NCBI GenBank assembly: GCA_037129895.1
Contig: JBAXUB010000006.1
Span: 3,580-67,579 of the forward strand
Origin: Candidatus Tayloriibacteriota bacterium
GTDB taxonomy: Bacteria > Patescibacteriota > Minisyncoccia > Phycocordibacterales > PALSA-1337
Reading direction: 5' to 3'
Length of the DNA: 64,000 bases
Shown here one piece after another: positions 1-8,968 of this stretch. The notes beneath the pieces are model-generated. The model was not told where the DNA came from. It ran no database searches and saw only the letters and a program-made list of their open reading frames with translations. The position numbers were made by a program, and so were the translations under genes. The first letter of the stretch is position 1. Each line of letters opens with the position of its first letter.

Positions 1-186
1 GAAAAGAAGATCAAGGATGTCTATGTTACATATACTGGCCATCGTGGAGGTTTGAATTCAGAAACTCTGTCATCACTCATCGCTAGGAGAGGTATGGGAG
101 AAGTTTTCCGAAGAGCAGTTTACCGCATGTTGCCAAATAACAAACTTCGCGACAAGAGGATGCAGAATTTAACAATCAAAGAATAA
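1..186 (+). CDS. rplM: 50S ribosomal protein L13, C-terminal fragment (gene starts upstream of window)
   Basis: Frame-1 translation ...RMLPNNKLRDKRMQNLTIKE* matches the conserved L13 C-terminus (GMLPKNKLGR). It lies directly upstream of rpsI, as in the conserved rplM-rpsI operon. Confidence 0.7.
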   Translation, partial: EKKIKDVYVTYTGHRGGLNSETLSSLIARRGMGEVFRRAVYRMLPNNKLRDKRMQNLTIKE

Positions 187-192
187 CGAATA

Positions 193-603
193 ATGACATC
201 GACAAAATCAACAACCAAATACTTTGAAGCAGTAGGAAGACGCAAAACAGCTGTCGCTCGTGTTCGACTATTCGCTGGTCCAAAAGCAGGCTATGAAGTC
301 AATGGCAAATCTCTCGAAGCATATTTCCCAACAAAGGAGATGCAACAGACAGTTACAGATGCGATCACTCACGGCAAGGCTGCAGAAAAGTTCCATATAA
401 CTGCCAAGGTTTCTGGTGGAGGTATATCAGCTCAGTCAGAAGCACTACGACATGGTATTTCTAGAGCATTACTTGTATATGATGTAGAGATAAGAGGCCG
501 TTTGAAGAAACTTGGATTCCTGAAACGAGATGCTCGTGCAAAGGAGCGCAGGAAGTTCGGTTTGAAGAAAGCACGCAAATCTCCACAGTGGTCAAAGCGT
601 TAA
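193..603 (+). CDS. rpsI: 30S ribosomal protein S9
   Basis: 136 aa. It shows the S9 N-terminus (GRRKTAVARV) and the diagnostic C-terminus ...KARKSPQWSKR. Confidence 0.92.
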   Translation: MTSTKSTTKYFEAVGRRKTAVARVRLFAGPKAGYEVNGKSLEAYFPTKEMQQTVTDAITHGKAAEKFHITAKVSGGGISAQSEALRHGISRALLVYDVEIRGRLKKLGFLKRDARAKERRKFGLKKARKSPQWSKR

Positions 604-625
604 TTACACAAAATTTATTCCAAAC

Positions 626-655
626 AAAAAGAGAGACGCATGGTCTCTCTTTTTG
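626..655 (+). terminator. rho-independent terminator after rpsI
   Basis: aaaaAGAGAGACgcatGGTCTCTCTttttg: a perfect 9-bp stem with a 4-nt loop, followed by a T-run. Confidence 0.75.
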
Positions 656-661
656 TGTATA

Positions 662-2461
662 ATGATGACAATGTCTAATTTCTGGAAAAATCTCTGGTCA
701 CAGAACCCCGAACTCCGAGGTAAGCGTAAGGTGAGGAGAGGTCGTGAGATCAATCCAGATGAGATCATGCTCGATAGTAGCAATATTCCTGACTTTGATA
801 CCTCACAATTTGAAGGAAGGATCGAGAAACCGATATCGAGATTCTCTGTATATAGCTTGGGGGTATTCTTTATCGTAGTGGCTTCGATCTTCATCGTGAA
901 GGCGATCAATATGCAGATCGTCCATGGTGATGAATATGTCTATCGAAGTGAGAAGAATATGCTTCGTCCCATCCCAATATTTGCTGGTAGAGGAGTCATA
1001 TTCGATAGGAATGGTGTTGAACTAGCTTGGAATGCACCTTCTGATGAATCGGCATTAGTAAATAGTATTTCGGGCTCTAGTTCAAAGTCGATCATGAGTG
1101 AGATCCAGAGTCTAGTTTCTACTAGAGAATATGCAACTTCATCAGGATTGTCTCATACTCTCGGTTATGTTCAGTATCCATCAAAGGATAATAATGGATT
1201 CTATTACCGAGAGGATTTCGAAGGAATTGCTGGGGCAGAAAAATATTTTGATAGTGAATTGAAAGGTGTTGCGGGTTCCAGACTCGTAGAAGTTGATGCG
1301 AGAGGAAATACGGTGTCAGAAAATATTGTACATTCTCCATCACAAGGAAAGTCTATGACACTTTCGATCGACAGTAGAGTCCAATCTGCACTATATGGAA
1401 ATATCAAAGACATTGCGGAGAGGGTAGGATTCGCTGGTGGAGCGGGTGTCATCATGGATGTAAATACCGGTGAAGTATTGGCCATGACAAGTTATCCAGA
1501 ATATAGTTCCCAGGTTATGTCTGATAAGACTGATCAGAAAGCCGTTAGAGCCACATTGAACGACCCGCGTCTGCTCTTTCTAGATAGAGCAGTTGATGGT
1601 CTATATACACCAGGATCGATCGTGAAGCCCTATATGGCCTTAGGAGCACAGAATGAGGGTATTATCGACCCAAGTACAGTCATAGTCACTACTGGGTCTA
1701 TATCCATACCTAACCCCTACGATTCGACAAAATCAACGGTATTCCGTGATTGGAAGAACTTGGGTCCGGTCGATATGCGACACGCTATCGCCATGTCTTC
1801 AGATGTGTATTTCTATACCATAGGTGGCGGATATAAAGATCAGAAGGGAATGGGTATAGATGCTATCGATAAGTATTTGCGTTTGTTTGGATTCGGTACT
1901 ACTACTCTGGATGGGTCGTCATCAGTATTATTGGATAAGGCTGGTACAATACCGACACCTGAATGGAAGAAACTGACTTTCAAAGAGGATTGGTATATTG
2001 GAGATACATATCATACCGTGATCGGCCAGTACGGTTTCCAAGTTACACTTATGCAGATCGTTAGGGCTGTTGGAGCTATGGCTAATTATGGAAATGTATT
2101 GACACCTACTATTGTAAAGGGAGAAAAACCGCATATTGAGTCAGTCGTCAATATCCCAAAGAAATATTTTGACGTTGTTCATGAAGGTATGCGTCTAAGT
2201 ACTCAAGTTGGCACTAGTGTTGCTCTGAATGTTCCGTATGTGAAAATCGCAGGTAAGTCAGGTACTGCTGAGCTCGGAGTTTCCAAGGATAAGGTCAACT
2301 CTTGGATCACAGGTTTCTGGCCTTATGACAATCCAAAATATGCTTTCGTTGTAACACTAGAGAAGGGGTCTGTGCATAACTTGATCGGTGCTGCGGCCGC
2401 TATGCGTCAACAGTTGGATTGGATGCAAGGAAATACACCTGAGTATTTCAAAGACTATTGA
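662..2461 (+). CDS. mrdA: peptidoglycan D,D-transpeptidase PBP2 (MrdA-like)
   Basis: N-terminal TM helix. Motifs SIVKP (SxxK), SSDVYFY (an MrdA-type SxN region) and KSGTA (KTG box). The first ATG in frame is at 662, since the ORF-track start at 653 is TTG inside the rpsI terminator. Start is uncertain by a few codons. Confidence 0.8.
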   Translation: MMTMSNFWKNLWSQNPELRGKRKVRRGREINPDEIMLDSSNIPDFDTSQFEGRIEKPISRFSVYSLGVFFIVVASIFIVKAINMQIVHGDEYVYRSEKNMLRPIPIFAGRGVIFDRNGVELAWNAPSDESALVNSISGSSSKSIMSEIQSLVSTREYATSSGLSHTLGYVQYPSKDNNGFYYREDFEGIAGAEKYFDSELKGVAGSRLVEVDARGNTVSENIVHSPSQGKSMTLSIDSRVQSALYGNIKDIAERVGFAGGAGVIMDVNTGEVLAMTSYPEYSSQVMSDKTDQKAVRATLNDPRLLFLDRAVDGLYTPGSIVKPYMALGAQNEGIIDPSTVIVTTGSISIPNPYDSTKSTVFRDWKNLGPVDMRHAIAMSSDVYFYTIGGGYKDQKGMGIDAIDKYLRLFGFGTTTLDGSSSVLLDKAGTIPTPEWKKLTFKEDWYIGDTYHTVIGQYGFQVTLMQIVRAVGAMANYGNVLTPTIVKGEKPHIESVVNIPKKYFDVVHEGMRLSTQVGTSVALNVPYVKIAGKSGTAELGVSKDKVNSWITGFWPYDNPKYAFVVTLEKGSVHNLIGAAAAMRQQLDWMQGNTPEYFKDY

Positions 2462-2528
2462 GTTTGCTCATCTTTTCTGTTATGATCTATAGCGTAATCT
2501 CTTACTAATAAGTGCTTATTTTTATATC

Positions 2529-2996
2529 ATGTCAACAGAAGTACAATATTTAACAAACGAGAAGCGTGCAGAACTGGAAAAGGAGCTAGATCATCTAAAG
2601 ACTGAACGTCGTAAGGAGATCGCCGAACATCTAGAATATTCCAAGAAGTTGGGAGATCTTTCTGAAAACGCAGAATATCATCAAGCTCGTGAAGAACAGG
2701 CAGAAGCCGAGGATCGTATTCGTAGGTTGGAGGTGTTACTCAAGAACGCTGTGATGATAGAGGCTGGTGGGAAAGATGTGATCGCTATCGGATCGACATT
2801 TCGTCTACAGAAGGATTCAGATAACAAGACGTATATCTACACGATAGTCGGTTCAGAAGAAGCTGACATGACTCATGGCAAGATTTCCAATATTTCACCG
2901 ATGGGATCGGCTCTATTGGGTCACAAGAAAGGTGACAAGGTGAAAGTTTCAACCCCAAAGGGTACTGTAGAATACACAGTTGTTATCATAAAATAA
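2529..2996 (+). CDS. greA: transcription elongation factor GreA
   Basis: 155 aa with an N-terminal coiled-coil (LGDLSENAEYHQAREEQ) and a C-terminal FKBP-like domain. This is the typical GreA length and motifs. Confidence 0.9.
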   Translation: MSTEVQYLTNEKRAELEKELDHLKTERRKEIAEHLEYSKKLGDLSENAEYHQAREEQAEAEDRIRRLEVLLKNAVMIEAGGKDVIAIGSTFRLQKDSDNKTYIYTIVGSEEADMTHGKISNISPMGSALLGHKKGDKVKVSTPKGTVEYTVVIIK

Positions 2997-2997
2997 A

Positions 2998-4491
2998 ATG
3001 GCATCACTAGAAGAGCTCCGTAAAATCAGATTAGATAAATTGGTTTTATTACAGAAAGCTGGAATAAATCCTTATCCAGCGAAAGTGCCTAGAACTTTTT
3101 GTTTGGCTAATGCCCGCAAGAATTTTGAAGAATATGAAAAGAGCGCAAAACCAGTATCACTGTGTGGTCGTATAATGGCGATCAGGGGACAAGGTGCGAT
3201 CTTATTCGTAGTACTAGATGATGGTAAGTCTACATTTCAGTCAGTTATAAAGAAAGACGTATTGGATGCGGCTTCATTCGATCTATTCTCACAAACAGTA
3301 GATATTGGAGATATCCTGAGTGTGACTGGAACATTTTTCAAGACGAATAGGGGAGAGCAAAGCATCATGGTCAATTCATGGGTGATGGCTGCCAAGTCTT
3401 TGTTACCTTTACCAGAAAAGTGGCATGGATTAACTGATCCTGACGAGAAATTTCGCAAGAGATATCTCGATTTCATCATGGATCCAGAAACTCGCGATAT
3501 TTTCTACAAAAAAGCACGATTTTGGGAAGTTGTACGAGCGATCATGAAAGAGGAAGGTTTCCTAGAAGTGGAAACACCAACATTGGAAACGACGACAGGT
3601 GGTGCAGAAGCGACCCCATTCAAGACTCATCACAATGACTATGATCTAGATGTATATCTACGTATTTCTGTAGGCGAATTGTGGCAGAAGAGACTTATGG
3701 CTGCCGGTTTTCCGAAAACTTTTGAGATTGGTCGTGTATATAGGAATGAAGGATCGAGCCCAGAACATCTTCAGGAATTTACAAACCTCGAGTTTTACTG
3801 GTCATATGCTGATTACAATGATGGTATGGAACTGGTAATGAAAATGTACAGGAGGATTGCAGAGGAAGTTTTCGGTACGACCAAATTTACTTACAAGGAA
3901 CATACATTCGACCTAGCAGATGAGTGGAAAAAGATTGACTATGCTGGAGAGATTTTGAAACAAACAGAGATCGATATAGCAAAAGCTAGTGATGCTGATA
4001 TAAAGAGCAAGTTGGACAGCTTAAAAGTGAAATATGACGGAACTAATAGAGAGAGACTGGTTGATACGTTATGGAAATATTGCAGGAAGAATATCGCTGG
4101 TCCAGCATTCTTAGTGAACCATCCAGTTCTCGTTGCACCACTTGCAAAGTCTGTTGTCGGTTCTGATTCTGCTTCTGCTCCTGCAGAGGTCAGACCTATG
4201 CAGACTGTGCAGATGTTCCAGCCGATCATAGCCGGCTCCGAGATCGGTCGTGGATATTCCGAGCTCAATGACCCTATAGATCAACGCGAGAGATTCGAGG
4301 CTCAGCAGAAACTATTAGAAGGTGGTGATACTGAGGCGATGATGTCTGATTGGGAATTCGTAGAGATGCTAGAACACGGAATGCCACCAACATGTGGATA
4401 TGGTTTCGGAGAACGACTTTTCGCTGTACTTGCAAATAAACCTATGAGGGAAGTGACAATGTTTCCTTTGATGAAAGAAAAGAAGGGCTAG
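2998..4491 (+). CDS. lysS: lysyl-tRNA synthetase, class II
   Basis: OB-fold anticodon-binding N-terminus; motif 2 FEIGRVYRNEG; motif 3 GYGFGERL. Carries an in-frame REP-derived insertion at 4183-4203. Confidence 0.92.
   Translation: MASLEELRKIRLDKLVLLQKAGINPYPAKVPRTFCLANARKNFEEYEKSAKPVSLCGRIMAIRGQGAILFVVLDDGKSTFQSVIKKDVLDAASFDLFSQTVDIGDILSVTGTFFKTNRGEQSIMVNSWVMAAKSLLPLPEKWHGLTDPDEKFRKRYLDFIMDPETRDIFYKKARFWEVVRAIMKEEGFLEVETPTLETTTGGAEATPFKTHHNDYDLDVYLRISVGELWQKRLMAAGFPKTFEIGRVYRNEGSSPEHLQEFTNLEFYWSYADYNDGMELVMKMYRRIAEEVFGTTKFTYKEHTFDLADEWKKIDYAGEILKQTEIDIAKASDADIKSKLDSLKVKYDGTNRERLVDTLWKYCRKNIAGPAFLVNHPVLVAPLAKSVVGSDSASAPAEVRPMQTVQMFQPIIAGSEIGRGYSELNDPIDQRERFEAQQKLLEGGDTEAMMSDWEFVEMLEHGMPPTCGYGFGERLFAVLANKPMREVTMFPLMKEKKG
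4183..4203 (+). repeat. REP-like palindromic element copy embedded in-frame within lysS
   Basis: gcagaggtcagacctatgcag matches 19 of 21 nt of the intergenic REP copy at 26041-26061 (gtagaggtcagacctatgcac), and its flanks resemble copy 4504-4536. It encodes AEVRPMQ. Confidence 0.7.
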
Positions 4492-5133
4492 CTAACCGCA
4501 GATGGCTGTAGAGGTCTGACCTATGCAGTGTGCAGGTTTATGTAGAGGTCTGACCTCTACACCCTTTACATCTGTTAATATCACTGATTGGGGTCTTATA
4601 ACACCATTGAAATCTCTCAGGCTGGAATACTCATAGTTCATGGCGAAATCGACGCGTGCCTCAAGGGTGTTTTTAAGCGGATCAATTAGATCGCACGGAT
4701 TCAAATGAATGTAATTGATCAGAGATTCTATGTACGTTCCATCGTAAACAGGCTTTTCTTTGTATGCGCCCTGCCATATAGTGCCCGAATGCGAATATTT
4801 TTTATTATAATATGACGAATATCCTGTCATCAATTTGTGTATAAATATAGTCATATTATCTCTAGGACGAGACTTACCTGGGGTGCGTTTTTTGAGCGCA
4901 ATATGAATATGATTGGGCATGAGGCAATAAGCAACGATGTCAACTAATATCTTTTTGCGATCGATGGCGAATACATTTTCTGAAAGTCTGGATAAAATGA
5001 ATGGCTCATCATTATTGGCTATGTATAGCAGTTTAACCATTCGAATATAATCTGAGTTATCAAGAAAAATATTTGCTTTATGAGCCCCACGATTGTATAC
5101 GTGGTGGTATATTTCGTCATTTTGTATTTGCAT
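4492..5133 (-). CDS. REP-associated tyrosine transposase (RAYT, IS200/IS605 TnpA-like Y1 HUH transposase)
   Basis: HUH motif LMPNHIHIAL. The N-terminal signature is YHVYNRG...IFLDNSDY. The C-terminal WQGAYKEK...YIHLNPCDL region matches the RAYT catalytic-Tyr region. Start taken at ATG 5131-5133 (MQIQNDEIYHH), since the track start at 5205 is TTG. The last ~24 codons are read through the REP copies, so the true C-terminus is uncertain. Confidence 0.75.
   Translation of the reverse strand: MQIQNDEIYHHVYNRGAHKANIFLDNSDYIRMVKLLYIANNDEPFILSRLSENVFAIDRKKILVDIVAYCLMPNHIHIALKKRTPGKSRPRDNMTIFIHKLMTGYSSYYNKKYSHSGTIWQGAYKEKPVYDGTYIESLINYIHLNPCDLIDPLKNTLEARVDFAMNYEYSSLRDFNGVIRPQSVILTDVKGVEVRPLHKPAHCIGQTSTAICG
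4504..4564. repeat. two adjacent REP copies at the 3' end of the RAYT gene
   Basis: The two copies are ggctGTAGAGGTCTGACCtatgcag and tGTAGAGGTCTGACCTCTACaccc. Each has 9-bp inverted arms around a central T/A. Confidence 0.8.
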
Positions 5134-5211
5134 ATCGCTATCATACTTGATAAGCGATAAAGAAATGATTAAGAAAAGATAAAATTTTGATAAATATTGT
5201 CTCAAATTTCA

Positions 5212-5253
5212 GCTCTGCAGAGTGTAGAGGTCTGACCTCTACACCTCTACATC
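5212..5253. repeat. REP copy at the 5' side of the RAYT gene
   Basis: gctctgcagagtGTAGAGGTCTGACCTCTACacctctacatc. Together with 4504-4564 it brackets the transposase, giving a REPtron arrangement. Confidence 0.8.
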
Positions 5254-5405
5254 TAATATCCCCGAGTTATCCACTGTTTTTATTTGTATCGACTTAGTGA
5301 AGTGGGGTATAATGACCATCAAGTGGGAAGAAGTGGAAAAAGGTTATTTTCTCATAATTTAAATATTTTGAAGAAAAGCCATAAATTCATTTCTCTCGCG
5401 TGCAT

Positions 5406-5849
5406 ATGATCATCGGCGAATTCCGACATACTATAGACGACAAGAACCGCATATCGCTTCCTGCAAAGTTCCGAAAGGAAATGGGGAAGACGGTGGTTAT
5501 CACTCCTGGACTCGATTCCTGTCTCTTTATCTTTACGATGAAAGAATGGGAAAAGATTTCAGGAAGACTGTCGGCCGGAGACGCTTCGATGCTGCAGGCG
5601 GACAATCGCGGCTTCAATCGTTACCTCCTTGGAGGAGCGGTTGAGGTCGAGGTTGATGCAGTAGGTCGTATGTTGTTGCCAGAGTATATTCGCGAGCGAG
5701 GAAAGCTCGAGAATAACCGAGTTGTCTTCATAGGTGTCGGTGATCGTGCTGAACTATGGGATGAGTCAGCTTGGGATACATATCGCAAAGAGGTCGAAGG
5801 TAACGCTCTACATTTGGCAGAAAAACTAGGTTCTGCGGGCGTTAAATAA
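5406..5849 (+). CDS. mraZ: transcriptional regulator MraZ
   Basis: MIIGEFRHTIDDKNRISLPAKFR matches the MraZ N-terminal repeat. It is the first gene of the dcw cluster. The ATG is at 5406, since the track start at 5400 is GTG. Confidence 0.88.
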   Translation: MIIGEFRHTIDDKNRISLPAKFRKEMGKTVVITPGLDSCLFIFTMKEWEKISGRLSAGDASMLQADNRGFNRYLLGGAVEVEVDAVGRMLLPEYIRERGKLENNRVVFIGVGDRAELWDESAWDTYRKEVEGNALHLAEKLGSAGVK

Positions 5850-5850
5850 G

Positions 5851-6834
5851 ATGTCGAACGATACAGAGAAAGGTGACGTCAGTGTTCATGAGTCGGTTCT
5901 TTTACAAGAAGTTGTCGAGTTGCTCACGAAGAGTCTTTCTAACTCTTCTAGTCCTTTGATTTCTCCTTCTTCCGCCCTCCGAGCTCCTAGTTCCTCTCCT
6001 TACTACCTAGACGGTACGTTGGGTGGTGCAGGGCATGCTGTCGCTATAGCGAAAGCCCTAGCGGGTAAGGTGAATATACTAGGACTCGATCAAGATCCTA
6101 GAGCCATAGAGAGAGCGCAGAGAGTATTGAAAAGTCATTTGAATACGGAAAGTAAGTTGATACTCGAATGCGAAAATTTCAGAAATATGGGCAAAGTTTT
6201 GGAGAAACATGATATCAAGGGGGTAGATATGATCTTGCTCGATCTCGGTTTCTCATCAGATGAATTGGAGACATCCGGTAAAGGTTTCTCTTTTCAGAGA
6301 GATGAGCCACTCCAGATGACGATGTCGAGCTCTGATAAGCATCTCTTTACAGCGAAAAGTATCGTGAATAATTGGACAGAGGAGGACATAGCAAACGTGA
6401 TATACGGTTATGGGGAAGAGAGATTTGCACGCCGCATCGCCCGATCTATCATCAATTACAGAACCAAGAAGCAGATTGAGACCACATTTGAATTAGTCGA
6501 TATCATCAAGATGTCTGTACCGGCGTTCTATAGAAGAGGAAAGACAAATCCAGCAACAAAGACATTCCAGGCGTTACGAATAGCGGTAAATGACGAGTTG
6601 AATGCTTTGAAGATCGGTTTGGATATGGGGTACAAAGCATTGAATGTGGGGGGTAGGATGGCAATCATTTCATTTCATAGTTTAGAAGATAGGATTGTCA
6701 AAGATTTTTATAAAGAGAAGGGAAAAGATGGTGCGAATATTATTACAAAGAAACCGATAGTAGCTAGTGATCAAGAGAGAGCAGAAAATCCGAGATCACG
6801 AAGTGCAAAGTTGAGAGTTATAGAGAAAGTTTAG
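5851..6834 (+). CDS. rsmH: 16S rRNA (cytosine1402-N4)-methyltransferase RsmH/MraW
   Basis: DGTLGGAGHA SAM-binding motif. It sits directly downstream of mraZ. A Ser/Pro-rich ~20-aa low-complexity insertion (SNSSSPLISPSSALRAPSSSP) precedes the SAM motif. Confidence 0.9.
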   Translation: MSNDTEKGDVSVHESVLLQEVVELLTKSLSNSSSPLISPSSALRAPSSSPYYLDGTLGGAGHAVAIAKALAGKVNILGLDQDPRAIERAQRVLKSHLNTESKLILECENFRNMGKVLEKHDIKGVDMILLDLGFSSDELETSGKGFSFQRDEPLQMTMSSSDKHLFTAKSIVNNWTEEDIANVIYGYGEERFARRIARSIINYRTKKQIETTFELVDIIKMSVPAFYRRGKTNPATKTFQALRIAVNDELNALKIGLDMGYKALNVGGRMAIISFHSLEDRIVKDFYKEKGKDGANIITKKPIVASDQERAENPRSRSAKLRVIEKV

Positions 6835-6873
6835 TCAAATTATCATAATTAATATTTAATACATTACAATACA

Positions 6874-7209
6874 ATGACAAAAGCAATAGTAGATACGATC
6901 AAAGTTACGAATAACTACAGGACGCAGATGACGTATGTATTGATCGGCGGCTGTTTCCTCATGATCGCTATCTATGTATTCAATGTATTCAGAGTCATAT
7001 CTAGTACAGTTGCTCTTCAGAAGGTTCAGAACCAGACAGCATCACTCGAAAGCAATGTTGAGAATCTAGACGCGAAATACTTGCAACTCTCTAGTGAGAT
7101 AACTCCAGATACTCTAGCTGATCATGGATTCGTGGCCGGAAAGGTCAGCGACTATATCTCTCGCAATGTTTCACTAGGATCCGTAGCAACTGGCGGACAT
7201 GAATTATAA
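6874..7209 (+). CDS. ftsL: cell division protein FtsL-like (small bitopic membrane protein)
   Basis: 111 aa with a single TM helix followed by a coiled-coil. It sits between rsmH and ftsI, the canonical FtsL slot. Confidence 0.55.
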   Translation: MTKAIVDTIKVTNNYRTQMTYVLIGGCFLMIAIYVFNVFRVISSTVALQKVQNQTASLESNVENLDAKYLQLSSEITPDTLADHGFVAGKVSDYISRNVSLGSVATGGHEL

Positions 7210-8929
7210 TCAGAGAATTCGGGCGAGGATTATATACGGTGGTATATTGGTTGCCGCTTTAGTTATAGCTGTATCCCTATATTCAATACAAGTCGTCAAA
7301 GGACCTAGTTATGCTGCAAAGGCTGATAAACAATATGTTAGACCGAGTTCCACTCTATTTGATAGAGGTTCGATATATTTTCAATCAAAGAATGGTACAA
7401 AAGCCGCTGCCGCATCGATCGGTAGTGGATATTTGATATACGTAAATCCTTCACAGATCAAAGATGCCATGCAGACATACGATGCTTTGTCGCAGTATAT
7501 TGAATTGGACAAAATTGAGTTTATCAATAAATCGAGTAACAAGAGTGATCTGTATTATGAATTGGCGCACAAGGTTGATGAGGGTACTGCAGCAGCGGTT
7601 AGGTCACTATCTCTCTCTGGTGTTGGGGTTGCGAAGGAGACTTGGCGTACGTATCCAGGTAATGATACAGCTGCTCACGAGCTCGGACTCATCGGAGAGA
7701 ATTCATCAGGTCTGGTTCAGGGTAGATATGGTCTAGAGAGTACATATCAGACTACTTTGGCTCGGGTTGGTATCGGCTCTGCTGTGAATGTATTTGCACA
7801 ACTGTTTTCCGGTGTCAAAGATGTGGTCTTCGGCGCTTCGAGTGAATATGGAGATATTGTGACAACTATTGAGCCGACGACACAGAAATATTTGGAACAA
7901 ATATTGAAACAAACAAGTGGCAAATGGAATCCAGATGAGATCGGCGGGATCGTTATTGATCCGAAGACCGGGGAAATCATAGCTATGGCATCTCTGCCGT
8001 CATTCAATCCAAATGATACTTCAACTGTAAAGGATGTGAATGTGTTCTCCAACCCATTGGTTGAACATGTCTATGAAATGGGATCGATCCTAAAGCCGCT
8101 TACCATGGCTATGGCATTGGATAGTGGTGTAGAGACTCCTGATTCTACATATGATGATACTGGGACACTCACACTGAATACAAAGAAGATTTCAAACTAT
8201 GATGGTAAGGCACGTGGAGTCATACCGATGCAACAGATACTCAGTCAATCTCTGAATGTAGGTGCAGCAACTATCGCCATGAATGTCGAGCACAAGCTCG
8301 GAGCAGGAACAATGTTCAAGTATTTCAGCGATTTTGGTTTCGGCCAGAAGACTGGTATCGATCAACCAAATGAAGCGACAGGTATCATCAGTAATCTGAA
8401 GAGTGGTCGAGACATTGAGATCGCGACAGCGGCATATGGACAAGGTATCGCTGTGTCACCGGTCGAGATGGTTCGCGGACTTTCGATATTGGCAAATGGT
8501 GGATATCTAGTGACTCCACACTTGGTGAAAGAAATCGATATGAGTGATGGTACGACAAAGACGATCGAGATCAAGAAGGTTGGTCCAATATTGAAGAAGC
8601 AAAGTGTAGATGATGTAACAGGCATGCTCATCAAAGTCGTTGATGAAACTATCGGTAAAGCACACCCAGACATATATTTTACGAATTATAGTGTTGCAGC
8701 GAAGACTGGTACGGCACAGATAGCGGATCATCAAAATGGTGGATATTATCCAGACAAGTATCTGCACTCATTTTTCGGATATTTTCCAGCGTATAGTCCA
8801 AAATATTTAATATTTTTGTATCAAGTATATCCAAAGGGTGCACAGTACGCTTCGGATACTTTAACTGAGCCATTTAGCCAGATTACGAAGTTTCTGATAG
8901 ACTACTATAACGTTACGCCGGATAGATAA
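7199..8929 (+). CDS. ftsI: peptidoglycan D,D-transpeptidase FtsI (PBP3-like)
   Basis: N-terminal TM helix. Motifs SILKP (SxxK), SQSLNVG (an FtsI-type SxN region) and KTGTAQ. Canonical dcw position. Confidence 0.85.
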   Translation: MNYNQRIRARIIYGGILVAALVIAVSLYSIQVVKGPSYAAKADKQYVRPSSTLFDRGSIYFQSKNGTKAAAASIGSGYLIYVNPSQIKDAMQTYDALSQYIELDKIEFINKSSNKSDLYYELAHKVDEGTAAAVRSLSLSGVGVAKETWRTYPGNDTAAHELGLIGENSSGLVQGRYGLESTYQTTLARVGIGSAVNVFAQLFSGVKDVVFGASSEYGDIVTTIEPTTQKYLEQILKQTSGKWNPDEIGGIVIDPKTGEIIAMASLPSFNPNDTSTVKDVNVFSNPLVEHVYEMGSILKPLTMAMALDSGVETPDSTYDDTGTLTLNTKKISNYDGKARGVIPMQQILSQSLNVGAATIAMNVEHKLGAGTMFKYFSDFGFGQKTGIDQPNEATGIISNLKSGRDIEIATAAYGQGIAVSPVEMVRGLSILANGGYLVTPHLVKEIDMSDGTTKTIEIKKVGPILKKQSVDDVTGMLIKVVDETIGKAHPDIYFTNYSVAAKTGTAQIADHQNGGYYPDKYLHSFFGYFPAYSPKYLIFLYQVYPKGAQYASDTLTEPFSQITKFLIDYYNVTPDR

Positions 8930-8968
8930 GTGGCGTAGGTATGGGTGTAAATAGTATAAATAGAGGAA

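Larger units (their letters stand above)
4492..5253 (-). mobile_element. REPtron: RAYT gene bracketed by REP palindromes
   Basis: A single Y1 transposase gene is flanked on both sides by the same palindrome, and further copies are dispersed elsewhere in the window. Confidence 0.7.

Noticed and set aside
1122-1485. Antisense and alternative-frame ORFs inside long genes, for example 1122-1343, 1204-1485, 3237-3479, 3939-4268, 7464-7736, 8192-8873, 15280-16671, 22399-22941, 23623-24547, 34066-34485, 35065-37487, and the many short ORFs inside the two giant genes.
   Set aside because: They overlap well-supported conserved genes in other frames or strands, have odd composition, and lack start signals. 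They are shadow ORFs.
5134-5205. N-terminal extension of the RAYT ORF (MRQYLSKFYLFLIISLSLIKYDSD…) starting at TTG.
   Set aside because: It is a hydrophobic, non-conserved extension. The conserved IS200/RAYT N-terminus begins at ATG 5131-5133.
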